Part shown: positions 50,539 to 60,425 of the stretch, piece after piece
Layout: the number at the start of each line of letters is the position of its first letter
How positions within the stretch are numbered: the stretch's first letter is position 1
Source of the DNA: an uncultured delta proteobacterium
Lineage (GTDB): Bacteria > Myxococcota_A > Polyangia > Polyangiales > Polyangiaceae
DNA: 64,000 nt
Assembly (NCBI GenBank): GCA_963782055.1
Contig: CAWAIF010000003.1
Span: 896,001-960,000 of the forward strand
Reading direction: 5' to 3'
Notes under the pieces: model-generated
Seen by the model: the letters and a program-made list of their open reading frames with translations, nothing else
The model's database searches: none
What the model was told of the DNA's origin: nothing
Made by a program: the position numbers and the translations under genes

Positions 50539-51422
50539 TCGCCCACGCCCACGCTCACCGTCGCGTTGTTGTTGCCGCCGCCGAAGGTGCCGGTGGCGAA
50601 GAGGACCGCGATGACGCCGCCGGCGACCGCGAGCACGCCGGCGCCGACGCCCAGGCCGATGAGCCAGCCCTTGCTGGGCTCGGGGACGGCGACGCGGAGG
50701 GGCGCGGCGGCGTCGCCGCGCGACGCGATGGGCAGCCCGCCCTTGTCGAAGCCCTGGAAGTAGTACTCCACGAGCGGCGGCTTCACGACGGTGTGCGGGA
50801 TGGTGGCGCGACCGGTGCTGTCGGCGATGGGCGTCTCCAGCTCGCTGAACTTGCCCTTCGACCCGGTGCGGTAGAAGAGCTTCACGTCCTGCACCCGGCC
50901 CTGCGGATCCTCCAGCTTGATGGTGAGCGGGATGTCGGTGTCCGGCTTGACCTGCGACGGCGAGCGGTGCTGGATGTCGACCGGCGCCTGCGTCGGCGCC
51001 GCCCCCGCCGTCACCAGACCGGGGCGGCCCTCCGCCTCCCACTTCTTCTGCACCTCGGAGAAGAAGTCGCGGAAGCGCGGCGACTCGCTCGCCGGCAGCG
51101 AGTACTCCGGCTCCAGCGAGAGCAGGCCGCGCACGGCGCTCTCCGCCTCTTCCTTGTGGTTGAGGGTGATGTAGTTGAGCGCCAGCAGCCGGTAGATCTC
51201 GATCTTCTGGTCCTTGGTGTTGTTGGGGCGGACCAGGGCGGCGCTCAGGGTCTGGATCGACTCCTCGTACTGCTGGTCGTCGAACAGGGAGCGGCCGTGG
51301 GCGATGAGATCCTGCTGCTTGGCGGCCTGGGCGAAGGCGGGCACCGCGACGGTGAACGCCGCGGAGTGAACCGCGGCGGCGAGGGCGACGGGGGCCACCC
51401 AGCGGACGAAGCGTCCAGTCAT
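50535..51422 (-). CDS. Secreted TPR-containing protein with C-terminal TM segment
   Basis: Signal peptide, helical repeat, beta-rich domain and hydrophobic C-terminus. Confidence 0.7.
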   Translation of the reverse strand: MTGRFVRWVAPVALAAAVHSAAFTVAVPAFAQAAKQQDLIAHGRSLFDDQQYEESIQTLSAALVRPNNTKDQKIEIYRLLALNYITLNHKEEAESAVRGLLSLEPEYSLPASESPRFRDFFSEVQKKWEAEGRPGLVTAGAAPTQAPVDIQHRSPSQVKPDTDIPLTIKLEDPQGRVQDVKLFYRTGSKGKFSELETPIADSTGRATIPHTVVKPPLVEYYFQGFDKGGLPIASRGDAAAPLRVAVPEPSKGWLIGLGVGAGVLAVAGGVIAVLFATGTFGGGNNNATVSVGVGE

Positions 51423-51574
51423 GAAACCCAGGGTACTTGAGGCGGCTCGTGTGCGATAGATCGTGATGCTGGGGTGGCCGCGAGCCCTGAAATTCCCGCC
51501 TCCACGCGGCCCCCAGCGGGATGTAGGTACTTGGCCCACCCCGGCGGTTGGGCGTATTGTCGCGATGGGTTCCG

Positions 51575-53755
51575 ATGCAGTCGAAGTTTCTCGTGCCCAT
51601 GCTCCTGGTGATCGGCGCCGCCCTCGTGGGGGGGACGGCGGAGGCGGGGAGCAAGCCCGCGCCGAAGAGCAAGTCGCCGCCGGCCAAGCACGCGGCAACG
51701 CCGGCGAAGCACGCGGCAGCGCCGGCGAAGCACGCGGCGGCGCCGGCGAAGCACGCGGCGGCGCCGGCGAAGCACGCGGCGGCGCACGGCGTGGCGAAGA
51801 AGCCGGCGACGAAGGGCCACAAGGGCTCGTCGCCCACCTTGCACGGCAAACTGGTCGGCGTGGCCGACCCGGCGGTGCGTCGCCAGGTCGCCGGCGGCCC
51901 CACGGTCGACGACGTGGAGCTGGGCGCCGAGAGCCCGGAGCTGCGCGCGTTGCGGGAGGCCGAGCGCGAGCTCTTCCCGCCCGCCGGTCCCCGACCGGGC
52001 AAGTCGTGGCCGAGCGAGCTGCCCTCGCCCGTCCCCCAGAGCGATGACGCGCCCATCGTGCACGCCACCGGCGTGGCGCCCCCGCCCCCGCCGAGCTCCC
52101 CGCCCGCCGCGGAGGGCGGCAAGGATCTGTCCTGGCTCTCCGCGCTGGTGCTGCCGGACCTGCCCGTTCGCTGGGACGCGCGCGTCGTCCGTTACCTCGA
52201 GCTCTACAAGAACGACCCGCGCGGGCGCGGCGCCCTCGCCGTGTGGCTGAAGCGCTCCGGCAAGTACCTGGACGAGATCCGCCGCACGCTGGCGAGCAAG
52301 GGGCTGCCGCGCGATCTGGCGTGGCTCGCCATGATCGAGAGCGGCTTCGAGCCGACCATCCGATCGCCGGCGGGCGCGGTTGGCCTGTGGCAGTTCATGC
52401 CGCTCACCGGCCGCAGCTACGGGCTCCCGGTCGATCGCTGGGTGGACGAGCGCATGAACGTGCGCGCCTCGACGGAGGCGGCGGCCGACTTCCTGAGCGA
52501 CCTGCACCGCCGCTTCGGGAGCTGGGAGCTGGCGATGGCCTCCTACAACATGGGCTACGCCGGCGTCGCCGCGGCGGTGCGCAAGTACAACACCAACGAC
52601 TTCTGGGAGCTCTCCCGGCTGGAGGGCTCGATGCCCTGGGAGACGACGCTCTACGTTCCCAAGATCATCGCCGCCGCCATCGTGATGCACAACCTCAAGG
52701 TCTTCGGCCTGGACGGCGTCACGCCGGAGGCTCCGGTCGAGTACGAGGAGGTCACCGTCCCCTACGGCGTGCCGCTGAAGTCGGTGGCCCGGGTGGCCGG
52801 CTGCAACACGAAGGACCTGGAGGCGCTCAACCCCGAGCTGCGCGCGGCGCGCACGCCGCCCAGGCAGAGCGACGCGGCGGCGACGGCAGGTCCCGACCAG
52901 GGCTTCGTCCTGCGCGTGCCGCCCGGGAAGGCGGAGCTGGTCTCGCAGAGCCTGCCGAAGCTCCAGCGCGACGACACCTCGCTGGAGCGCTACGTGGTGC
53001 GCTTCGGCGAGACGCTGGACCAGATCGCCGCCGCGCGCGCGACGACGGTGGCCAAGCTCGTCGACATCAACGCCATCGCCCAGGGGGAGGTCGTGCGCGG
53101 GGGCACGGTGCTGCTGGTACCGCACGCGCCCACCAAGAAGCCGGCGGGCGCGCCGGCCGCCGTCGCCGACGAGGACAAGCCGGTCGTCATCGTGCCGTCG
53201 GACCTCTTCGTCTACCCCGACAGGAAGCGTGTATTTTACAAGGTCCTGGTGGGTGACACCGTGCGCGACGTCGCCGTCGCGCTCCACGTCAGCGTGGACG
53301 AGCTCCGCCGCTGGAACGACATCGACCCCTCCGCGCGGCTGCAGGAGGGCATGACGCTGCAGGCCTTCGTCCCGGACGACGCCGACCTCTCCCGCGTGGT
53401 GCTCCTCTCGGAGAACGACGTGCGCGCCATCCCGGTCGGCTCCGACGACTTCTTCACGTACTGGGAGTCGAAGGGCCGGCAGCGCGTGACGGTGAAGGCG
53501 AAGGCCGGCGAGACCATCGCCGACATCGGCCGGCGCTACGGGCAGAGCGCCGGCCAGATGGAGCGCATCAACCGCCGCTCCCGCCACGAGGTGCTGGACG
53601 AGGGCGACGAGGTCATCCTCTACCTGAAGCCGCGCGCGACGCCCGCGGGCGCGCAGGCGAAGGCGGGCAATCCGCTCCCCGATCCGGACGCGGTGGAGGG
53701 CTCGCCCCTGCCGCCGCTCGAGACGGCGCCGCGTCCGGACCTCCTGCCGCCCTGA
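51575..53755 (+). CDS. mltD: MltD-like lytic transglycosylase with LysM domains
   Basis: IESGF, AVGLWQFM, ASYNMG, ETTLYVPKI; several LysM repeats. Confidence 0.88.
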   Translation: MQSKFLVPMLLVIGAALVGGTAEAGSKPAPKSKSPPAKHAATPAKHAAAPAKHAAAPAKHAAAPAKHAAAHGVAKKPATKGHKGSSPTLHGKLVGVADPAVRRQVAGGPTVDDVELGAESPELRALREAERELFPPAGPRPGKSWPSELPSPVPQSDDAPIVHATGVAPPPPPSSPPAAEGGKDLSWLSALVLPDLPVRWDARVVRYLELYKNDPRGRGALAVWLKRSGKYLDEIRRTLASKGLPRDLAWLAMIESGFEPTIRSPAGAVGLWQFMPLTGRSYGLPVDRWVDERMNVRASTEAAADFLSDLHRRFGSWELAMASYNMGYAGVAAAVRKYNTNDFWELSRLEGSMPWETTLYVPKIIAAAIVMHNLKVFGLDGVTPEAPVEYEEVTVPYGVPLKSVARVAGCNTKDLEALNPELRAARTPPRQSDAAATAGPDQGFVLRVPPGKAELVSQSLPKLQRDDTSLERYVVRFGETLDQIAAARATTVAKLVDINAIAQGEVVRGGTVLLVPHAPTKKPAGAPAAVADEDKPVVIVPSDLFVYPDRKRVFYKVLVGDTVRDVAVALHVSVDELRRWNDIDPSARLQEGMTLQAFVPDDADLSRVVLLSENDVRAIPVGSDDFFTYWESKGRQRVTVKAKAGETIADIGRRYGQSAGQMERINRRSRHEVLDEGDEVILYLKPRATPAGAQAKAGNPLPDPDAVEGSPLPPLETAPRPDLLPP
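51679..51786 (+). repeat. 21-bp coding tandem repeat (PAKHAAA) x5
   Basis: gccggcgaagcacgcggcggc units. Confidence 0.9.
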
Positions 53756-53761
53756 GGCCGC

Positions 53762-54712
53762 TCACTGCGGCGCGCAGGTGGAGACGCCCGCGCCGACGAT
53801 GGTGGACGGCAGGGTGGTGGCCTTGGTCTCCGACTGGGTCTGCGGATCGTACCTGGTGACGGTGGAGGGGCCGCCCGGCGCGGTGAAGATCCAGAAGTCG
53901 CCGCCCCAGAAGGCGAAGGCGAAGGCGTCGTTCTGCTGGCCGATCTTCAGGTTGTTCAGCCCCGTAACCTGCGCCGTCACCGGGTCGATCTCGGCGATGT
54001 GGGAGCCGCTGCCGGTGGTATTGGGCCAGAAGGCGAAGAGGTGGCCATCGCCGGTGCCGGTGAGCTCGTCGCGGGGGATCGCCGGGTTGAACGCGGCGAT
54101 GAAGTTCAGCCCGAGCGACTGCGTGTCGATGGTGGCGAGGCCCATGGAGGGGTTGGCGCTCTGCGAGACGAAGAGCGACTCCCCGTTCTGATCGCCGGAG
54201 AAGCCCATCCCGAAGGTGACGAACCCGTGCTGTCCGACCTGGAAGCTGGTGGACTGGCACGTCGCGGTGGCTGTCGAGACGTTGTACAGGCGCCCGTCGG
54301 TGAAGACGATGTACGCCAGGCCCTGGCGATCGACGGCCATGGAGAAGGGTGTCGTCTGCCCAGCGTTGGGACACGAGATGACGCCGATCTTCTTGAAGCC
54401 CAGCGTCGGCGGGTAGAAGGAGTAGAGCTCGTTCTGCTCGGTGATGACGTAGACGAGGGTGGAGCCGGCGTCGGGGCAATCGTTCGGCGGCTGCACGTCC
54501 TTGTGCACGACGTCGATGGGCGGGAGGGCGTCTTCTTCCTCCACGTCGATCCCCGTGTCGACGCCGCCGTCCTGCGCGTCCGGCGCGGCGTCCACGCCGC
54601 CGTCCTCCTCTGGCGCGGAGACGGCGAGCAGCCCGGTGCGGCTCCCGCACGCGACCAGCGCGATCGCCATCAGCGCGCGCAGCAGGCGTCCTCGTTTCGG
54701 CTGTGCCTTCAT
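53762..54712 (-). CDS. Lipoprotein, predicted beta-propeller; paralog of 59402-60340
   Basis: LVACGSRTGLL...AFAFAFWGGDFWIFT...IVGAGVSTCAPQ. Confidence 0.8.
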   Translation of the reverse strand: MKAQPKRGRLLRALMAIALVACGSRTGLLAVSAPEEDGGVDAAPDAQDGGVDTGIDVEEEDALPPIDVVHKDVQPPNDCPDAGSTLVYVITEQNELYSFYPPTLGFKKIGVISCPNAGQTTPFSMAVDRQGLAYIVFTDGRLYNVSTATATCQSTSFQVGQHGFVTFGMGFSGDQNGESLFVSQSANPSMGLATIDTQSLGLNFIAAFNPAIPRDELTGTGDGHLFAFWPNTTGSGSHIAEIDPVTAQVTGLNNLKIGQQNDAFAFAFWGGDFWIFTAPGGPSTVTRYDPQTQSETKATTLPSTIVGAGVSTCAPQ

Positions 54713-54745
54713 GCGCCGCAAACGTAATCCAGCGCCGCGCCCTCT

Positions 54746-54783
54746 GCTCAAACATTGGCGGTGCGGGTCGCCAATATTGGCGG
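54746..54783. repeat. Third palindrome doublet (first copy degenerate), 22-bp period
   Basis: ATTGGCGG at 54754 and 54776; the second copy is CGCCAATATTGGCG. Confidence 0.7.
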
Positions 54784-54975
54784 GGGACAGGGAAGGCACC
54801 TCACGCCGGCCCGCCCTGCGCCACGACCGGCCGGAGCAGGGGGCCTGCCCCGTGGAAAACCGCGCTCGATTCCCCTGCGCTCCTCGAACGGCTCCGCGTG
54901 AGGCGTCGCGTCGTCGTCGCTGCTCGCGCGCCGCGGTCTTGCGTGTGCGCGGCACCGGGTCTACCCGTGTGGGCG

Positions 54976-55350
54976 ATGGCCTTCGACCCGGTATCGTTCA
55001 TCGAGTCGGCGTACGCGTGGGAAGCCGACGAACACGCATGGAGCGCGGGGCTCGCCGAGGCGGCGCGCACGCTCGTGCCGCGCAACCTGGGCGCCTACGC
55101 CATCACATACGATGCGTCCGACGTCGCGCGCTGCGTCTTCGGCAGGCTGGTCGTGAGCGGCATCGACAACCAGAAGGCGGTGCGCCTCCTGGAGGTGGAC
55201 ATTCCGCGCGCCTACCAATCCGACCCGACCTCCGTCGAGGCGGTCTTCCGGAGGACCTGGTACGGCCGCGCGCGGCACTTGCCCCTCGGCGACGGAGTGT
55301 CGTGGCGACCGGCGTCGGCGACATCCTCGGGCTCAACGGCGTGACGCCGG
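54976..55350 (+). pseudogene. N-terminal fragment of a probable regulator
   Basis: MAFDPVSFIESAYAWEADEHAW resembles the N-termini of myxobacterial LuxR-type regulators; the frame decays after ~115 aa. Confidence 0.4.
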
Positions 55351-55810
55351 ACGGCCGCAGCGTGCGTCTCGCAGGGCACGCTCGCTCCGTGACGGGCCCA
55401 CGCCGCGTTCGACGCGCCTCGCCCTAACGAGCGGACCGGCGGATCGCGCCGGAATCTCCAGGAGCGCGCCGACGACGGAACGTGCGTCGTGCGTCCGGGC
55501 GCGGTCGCGTTCCGCCGGCCGCCCGACACGACGAGCCCGAGCGAACGAAGCTGCTACGAGGACGCCGGTTCGCGCGACGCGCTCGCGGCGTGCAGCGCGC
55601 TTCCAGGCATGGCCCGTCGAGGTAGACGCGGGCGGCCGCGCCTGACCAGCGCTCCCTTGCCCCCTGGCATGAAGTCGAGCGCCTCGCGTATCACCATCCT
55701 CGATGTCATGGCCACCAATCCAACCTGCGCCGCGTCGGCAGGGGTCGAGCACGGGTGAGGCCCTCAGAATACCCACGCGCGTCGCGCGTCCAACGTGGGA
55801 GGATTGAGGC

Positions 55811-58351
55811 ATGAAAACCGAAGCCGTTCGTGCGCTCGGGGTGGGGCTCGTCACCGCGTGCGCGTTCGGCCTGGCCGGCGTCGCGGGCTGCGGCGGGGAC
55901 GACAGCGGCGGGACGCCAGACGGGTCGACAGTCGGTGACGGCGGCGGCGACGGCACCACCAACCTCGACGGTGGCACCGCGTTCACCCTCGACCCCACGT
56001 TCGGCACCGACGGCGTCACCACCACGGCGATGCGCGAGAGCTACGACCTCGCCCCGCGCCTCCTCCGCCAGCCGAGCGGAAAGCTGGTGGTGGGTGGCTT
56101 CGACGAGTCCAACGCCACGCCCTACCTCGCGCGCTTCTCCGCGGCGGGGGCGCTCGACACGACCTTCGGCGTGGGTGGGCGCGTGATCCTCGCCGGACCT
56201 GTCACGCCCGGGCTCACCGCCAACCCCGGCGGGTTTGCAATGCAGCAGGACGGCAAACTGCTGGCGCTGGTCAACATCGTCGCGCTCGGCGGCGAGGTGG
56301 CGCGCTTCGACGTGGACGGCGCCGCGGACACCACCTTCGGCGACGGCGGGCGCCTGGTGATGACGAACATGTTCCCGTGGGGCGTCGTCCAGCAGCCAGA
56401 CGGCAAGATCATCGTCGTCGGAGGGAACGCCGAGGACCCCAACTACCCGTTCATGATGACCCGGCTCACCGCCGGGGGCGCCGTGGACACCACCTTCGGC
56501 ACCGCGGGCTTCGTGAGCATCACCAGCGGCGACGGCGCGGCGATCGGCGCCGGCGTCGCGCTGGATCCGAGCGGCAACATCGTCGCGCCCGGCGGCAGCC
56601 TGAGCGGGCTGGTGGTGCGCCGCTTCACGCCGGCGGGCGCGCTCGACACCACCTTTGGCGGCACCGGCATCGTCACGTCGTCGCTCACGCCGCCGGTGAC
56701 CACGTTCAACCTGCGCGCCTTCGCGGTGCAAACCGACGGCAAGATCCTTCTGGGCGGCAGGGACCCGAACAACGGCCCGACCGTGGAGCGATTCGACACC
56801 GCGGGCGCGCTCGACACCACCTTTGGCGGCACCGGCATGGTTGCGATCGAGCCGGGGGCCTCCACCGATACGGTCGAGAGCCTCTCCGTCGCTCCAGACG
56901 GCAGCGTGCTGGCGACCGTGCAGAGCCTGGTCTTCCGCCTCACCTCGGCGGGCGTGGTCGACGCGACGTTCGCCGGCGGCCACCCGAGCGTAGCGTTCAC
57001 GGCGCGCGCGACGATAGGCCTGTCCAACGGGAGCGTGCTCGCGGCCGGGGACGGCCCGCAGTTCAAGGCCTGGATCGCCGCGCTGACGCCCGCAGGCGCC
57101 TTCGACTCCGCCTTCGGCGCGAGCGGCAAGGTGAGCTTCGACATCGGCGCGTCGTCCGACGAGATCCTCTCTCTCTCCCTCGCGAGCGACGGAAGCATCG
57201 TCGCCGGTGGTCACGCCACCTCCTTCTCCCCGTTCAGCGAGGGGTGGGTGCTCTCGCGCTACAAGCCCGACGGCACGCTCGACCCGACGTTCGCGACCCA
57301 GGGCAAGTACTTCTCGCCGACGCCGGACAACTTCACTTCGCGCGCGGTGCTCGTCGACCCCAACGGCGCCATCTTGACGGCCGGCGGAGCCCTGACCTTC
57401 GACGCGGCGCGCTTCACCTCGGCCGGCGTCCTGGACACGACCTTCGGTACGGCCGGCTTGGCCTCGTACCCGGTGACGCCCTCCAAGTCGGCGGTGTGTT
57501 ACGCGATGGCGCTCGACAAGAGCGGCCGCATCGTGCTCGCCGGTGGCGACAACTCCGCCGTTGGCAACGCGGAGCAGACCGGCGTCATGCGCCTGACCCC
57601 GCAGGGCGCGCTCGACACGACCTTCGGTGGCACGGGCGCGGTCTCGACGCCGTGGAACACCGCCACCGGCGTGAGCTCTGCCCTCGCGGTCGCGGTGCAG
57701 GCCGACGGGAAGATCGTGGCGGCCGGTACGGCCAGCGTGAAGAACGGCTACGGGGTCGCGGTCGCTCGCTACACCGACGCTGGCGCGCTGGACACCACCT
57801 TCGCCGGCACCGGCATCCTGACGGTGAGCGTCGCGCCGGACCCGACGTCCGCGTGGGAAGCCGCGCGGGCCATGGCCATCCAGCCCGACGGCAAGATCGT
57901 GCTCGTCGGCAGCGCGGGCTTGCCGCTCGGGAGCGGCCCGACGCCGGACGACTTCCTCAACTACGTCGGATACGGCCAGTCGCGCCTGGTCGTGGTGCGC
58001 GTCCTGCCCGACGGCACGCTGGATCCGAGCTTCGGCCAGGCGGGCATCGTCGCGGAGGACTTCGGCTACAAGGTGGCGCTGGGTCAGGCCGTGCAGATCC
58101 TGCCCAACGGGTTCATCGTCGTCGCCGGAACGGCGCTGGATGGAGGCACCAAGCACGGCCTCATCGCGCGATTCGGTCCCGGCGGTGCGCTCGACACGAG
58201 CTTTGCGCAGGGCGGGGTGGGCCTGATGAACCTGGGCGCGGGGAGTGGGCTGCGCGCCCTCGCGCTGCAGCCGGACGGCAAGGTCGTCGCCGGTGGGAGC
58301 GCGTTCATGAACCCGACGGGGTACGACTTCGCCCTGATGCGCCTGGAGTGA
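55811..58351 (+). CDS. Delta-60 repeat (DUF5122 beta-propeller) lipoprotein
   Basis: Lipobox VAGC; more than 12 copies of Q.DGKI...G...R....GALDTTFG. Confidence 0.9.
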   Translation: MKTEAVRALGVGLVTACAFGLAGVAGCGGDDSGGTPDGSTVGDGGGDGTTNLDGGTAFTLDPTFGTDGVTTTAMRESYDLAPRLLRQPSGKLVVGGFDESNATPYLARFSAAGALDTTFGVGGRVILAGPVTPGLTANPGGFAMQQDGKLLALVNIVALGGEVARFDVDGAADTTFGDGGRLVMTNMFPWGVVQQPDGKIIVVGGNAEDPNYPFMMTRLTAGGAVDTTFGTAGFVSITSGDGAAIGAGVALDPSGNIVAPGGSLSGLVVRRFTPAGALDTTFGGTGIVTSSLTPPVTTFNLRAFAVQTDGKILLGGRDPNNGPTVERFDTAGALDTTFGGTGMVAIEPGASTDTVESLSVAPDGSVLATVQSLVFRLTSAGVVDATFAGGHPSVAFTARATIGLSNGSVLAAGDGPQFKAWIAALTPAGAFDSAFGASGKVSFDIGASSDEILSLSLASDGSIVAGGHATSFSPFSEGWVLSRYKPDGTLDPTFATQGKYFSPTPDNFTSRAVLVDPNGAILTAGGALTFDAARFTSAGVLDTTFGTAGLASYPVTPSKSAVCYAMALDKSGRIVLAGGDNSAVGNAEQTGVMRLTPQGALDTTFGGTGAVSTPWNTATGVSSALAVAVQADGKIVAAGTASVKNGYGVAVARYTDAGALDTTFAGTGILTVSVAPDPTSAWEAARAMAIQPDGKIVLVGSAGLPLGSGPTPDDFLNYVGYGQSRLVVVRVLPDGTLDPSFGQAGIVAEDFGYKVALGQAVQILPNGFIVVAGTALDGGTKHGLIARFGPGGALDTSFAQGGVGLMNLGAGSGLRALALQPDGKVVAGGSAFMNPTGYDFALMRLE

Positions 58352-58439
58352 CGGCGCCCTCGTCCTCCGTCACAGCACAACCGTCGGCCGGTCCGCCGCC
58401 CGCCCGCCTCCGCGCCGGCGACAGAGCAGGACGACGACA

Positions 58440-58735
58440 AGCCGAAGCGCTCCCGCTACTGGCCGTGGGCGGCGCTCATAGGGACCCCGCGGCCGGGCTG
58501 CGAAGCAGACCGCTGCCGCGGGCCACGCACCTTCGCGGTGGACGTGCAGCAGTGCCCGAAGTGCGAGGGCCGCATGAAGCTCGTCGCGATGGTGCAGGAG
58601 CCGCGCGGCATCCGGAGGTTCCTCGAGGGGCGCGGCGAGCCGCACGAGGTGCCGCCGCGCGCGCCGGCTCGCGCTCCGCCCTACTACCGCAGCGCCGTCA
58701 TCCGCCGGATCGCCGGCGCCATCGTCGCCGCCTGA
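58440..58735 (+). pseudogene. C-terminal remnant of an IS91/Y2-type transposase
   Basis: RYWPWAAL...TFAVDVQQCPKCEGRMKLVAMV.EP..IRRFL...PARAPP. Confidence 0.7.
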
Positions 58736-59401
58736 CGCTCTGCCCGGGAGGGGAGACCTTGGCGAATATCAGCTCGCCGATTGTCTTGCGGGGCATGGGT
58801 GTCTCCCGGATCGATACCGCTTCCGACGTCAGGCGGAGTTTTCCTCGGGCTCCACCTCTTGCTCGATTTGTTCGGTCCACTGCCCGGCAGGATGCGTTGG
58901 TTCCGCGAGGGTGGCGTGTCGTGGACGAGTCGGCGATCCTGGGACTCGATGGGTGCCGCAGAAAACCGTCTTGCAAAGCCGCTGGGTGCCCTGTTGCCGG
59001 ACTGCCGCGCGCCGGCGAGCTGAGCCATGCAAGGTTTCGCCACCGAAGTGGGCATCGTTGCTCTCGCCTGGTCGCCTGGTGGAGACCGCCTCGCCATCGT
59101 GCAGCAGAACCTCGAGACACACGCGATCAAGAACATGACCCGCGTATGCACCGCGGAGGGAGAGGTCCTGCACCAGTTTCCATCCGCGGGTGCTGCTGTC
59201 CGGCGCCGAGGTCCGCCCCGTGCAGCCGATCAGCCTCCCCGATGGCGCGCGGGAGCGCGACATCGAGGGGAGGGGCGCCACGCGCAGGGCTCGCGCGCAA
59301 GCCCGCGTGCGTGCCGGCGCCCGTGCACCACGTCTCCCCCGTCGGCACGCACGCGGGCGAGCACGAGCCCGAGCATGGCGCCCGGAGGGGCCCCCCCTCC
59401 C

Positions 59402-60340
59402 TCACTGCGGTGCGCAAGTCGACACCCCCGCCCCCACGATCGTCGACCCCAGCGTCGCCACCGCGGTCTCCTTCTGCGTGAGCGGATCATACTGCGTGAC
59501 CGTCGACGCCCCGCCCGGCGAGGTGAAGATCCAGAAGTCCCCACCCCAGAACGCGAAGGCGAACGCGTCGTTCACTGCGCCCACCGCGAGCTTGTTGGCG
59601 CCGATGACGTTCGCCGTGGCCGGATCGATCTGCGACAGCACCGAGCCCGAGCCCCCCTGGTCCAGGCAGAAGGCGAACAGGCGCGCGTCGCCGGTGCCGG
59701 TGAGCTCGCAGCGCGGCAGCGGCGGGGAGAAGTTGCCGACGAAGCCGAGCGTGAAGCTCTGGGTGTCGATGATGCCGAGCCCCTTGGAGAGGCCGTTGAA
59801 GTTCGCCTCCGCGACGAAGAGCTGCTCGCCGTTCTGATCGCCCTCGAAGCCCATGCCGAAGGTCTGGAAGCCCAGCTGGCCGGGGGCGTACGTCGTCGTC
59901 TGGCAGGACGCGGTGGCGGTGCTCAGCTGGAAGAGGCGGCCGTCGGTGAAGACGGAGTAGGCGACGCCCAGGCGGTCGACGGCCATCGAGTAGGGCGTGG
60001 CCGAGCCGGCGGTGGGGCAGGCGATGTTGCCGATCTTCTTGAAGGCGTGGGTCGGCGGGTAAAAGGAGTAGAGCTGGTTCTGCGACGTGATGAGGTAGAC
60101 GAGCGTCAGCGACGCGTCGGGGCAGTCGTTCGGCACGACGACGTCCTGCTTGGTGGCGTCGATGGGAGGCAGCGCGTCCTCCTCGGCGGCATCGATGACG
60201 TCCGGCCCGGCCTCGCGCGCATCGGGGCGGGCGTCGGGGAGCGAGGCGTCGTCCCCGCGCTCCGGCGCCAGCAGGCCGGTGCGCGAGCCGCACGCGAGGG
60301 CGAGCAGGGTGGCGGCGGCGATCTCCACCGCCACCACGTG
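59402..60340 (-). CDS. Lipoprotein, paralog of 53762-54712 (start approximate)
   Basis: LALACGSRTGLL...FWGGDFWIFT...IVGAGVSTCAPQ. Confidence 0.8.
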   Translation of the reverse strand, partial: HVVAVEIAAATLLALACGSRTGLLAPERGDDASLPDARPDAREAGPDVIDAAEEDALPPIDATKQDVVVPNDCPDASLTLVYLITSQNQLYSFYPPTHAFKKIGNIACPTAGSATPYSMAVDRLGVAYSVFTDGRLFQLSTATASCQTTTYAPGQLGFQTFGMGFEGDQNGEQLFVAEANFNGLSKGLGIIDTQSFTLGFVGNFSPPLPRCELTGTGDARLFAFCLDQGGSGSVLSQIDPATANVIGANKLAVGAVNDAFAFAFWGGDFWIFTSPGGASTVTQYDPLTQKETAVATLGSTIVGAGVSTCAPQ

Positions 60341-60425
60341 GCGCAGCGCGCGCCGGCCTCTTTGCCTGCCCGAAGCCACCAACGCACATGTACCACGCCG
60401 CCGCGCCCGCGGCAGAGTCAGCGCG

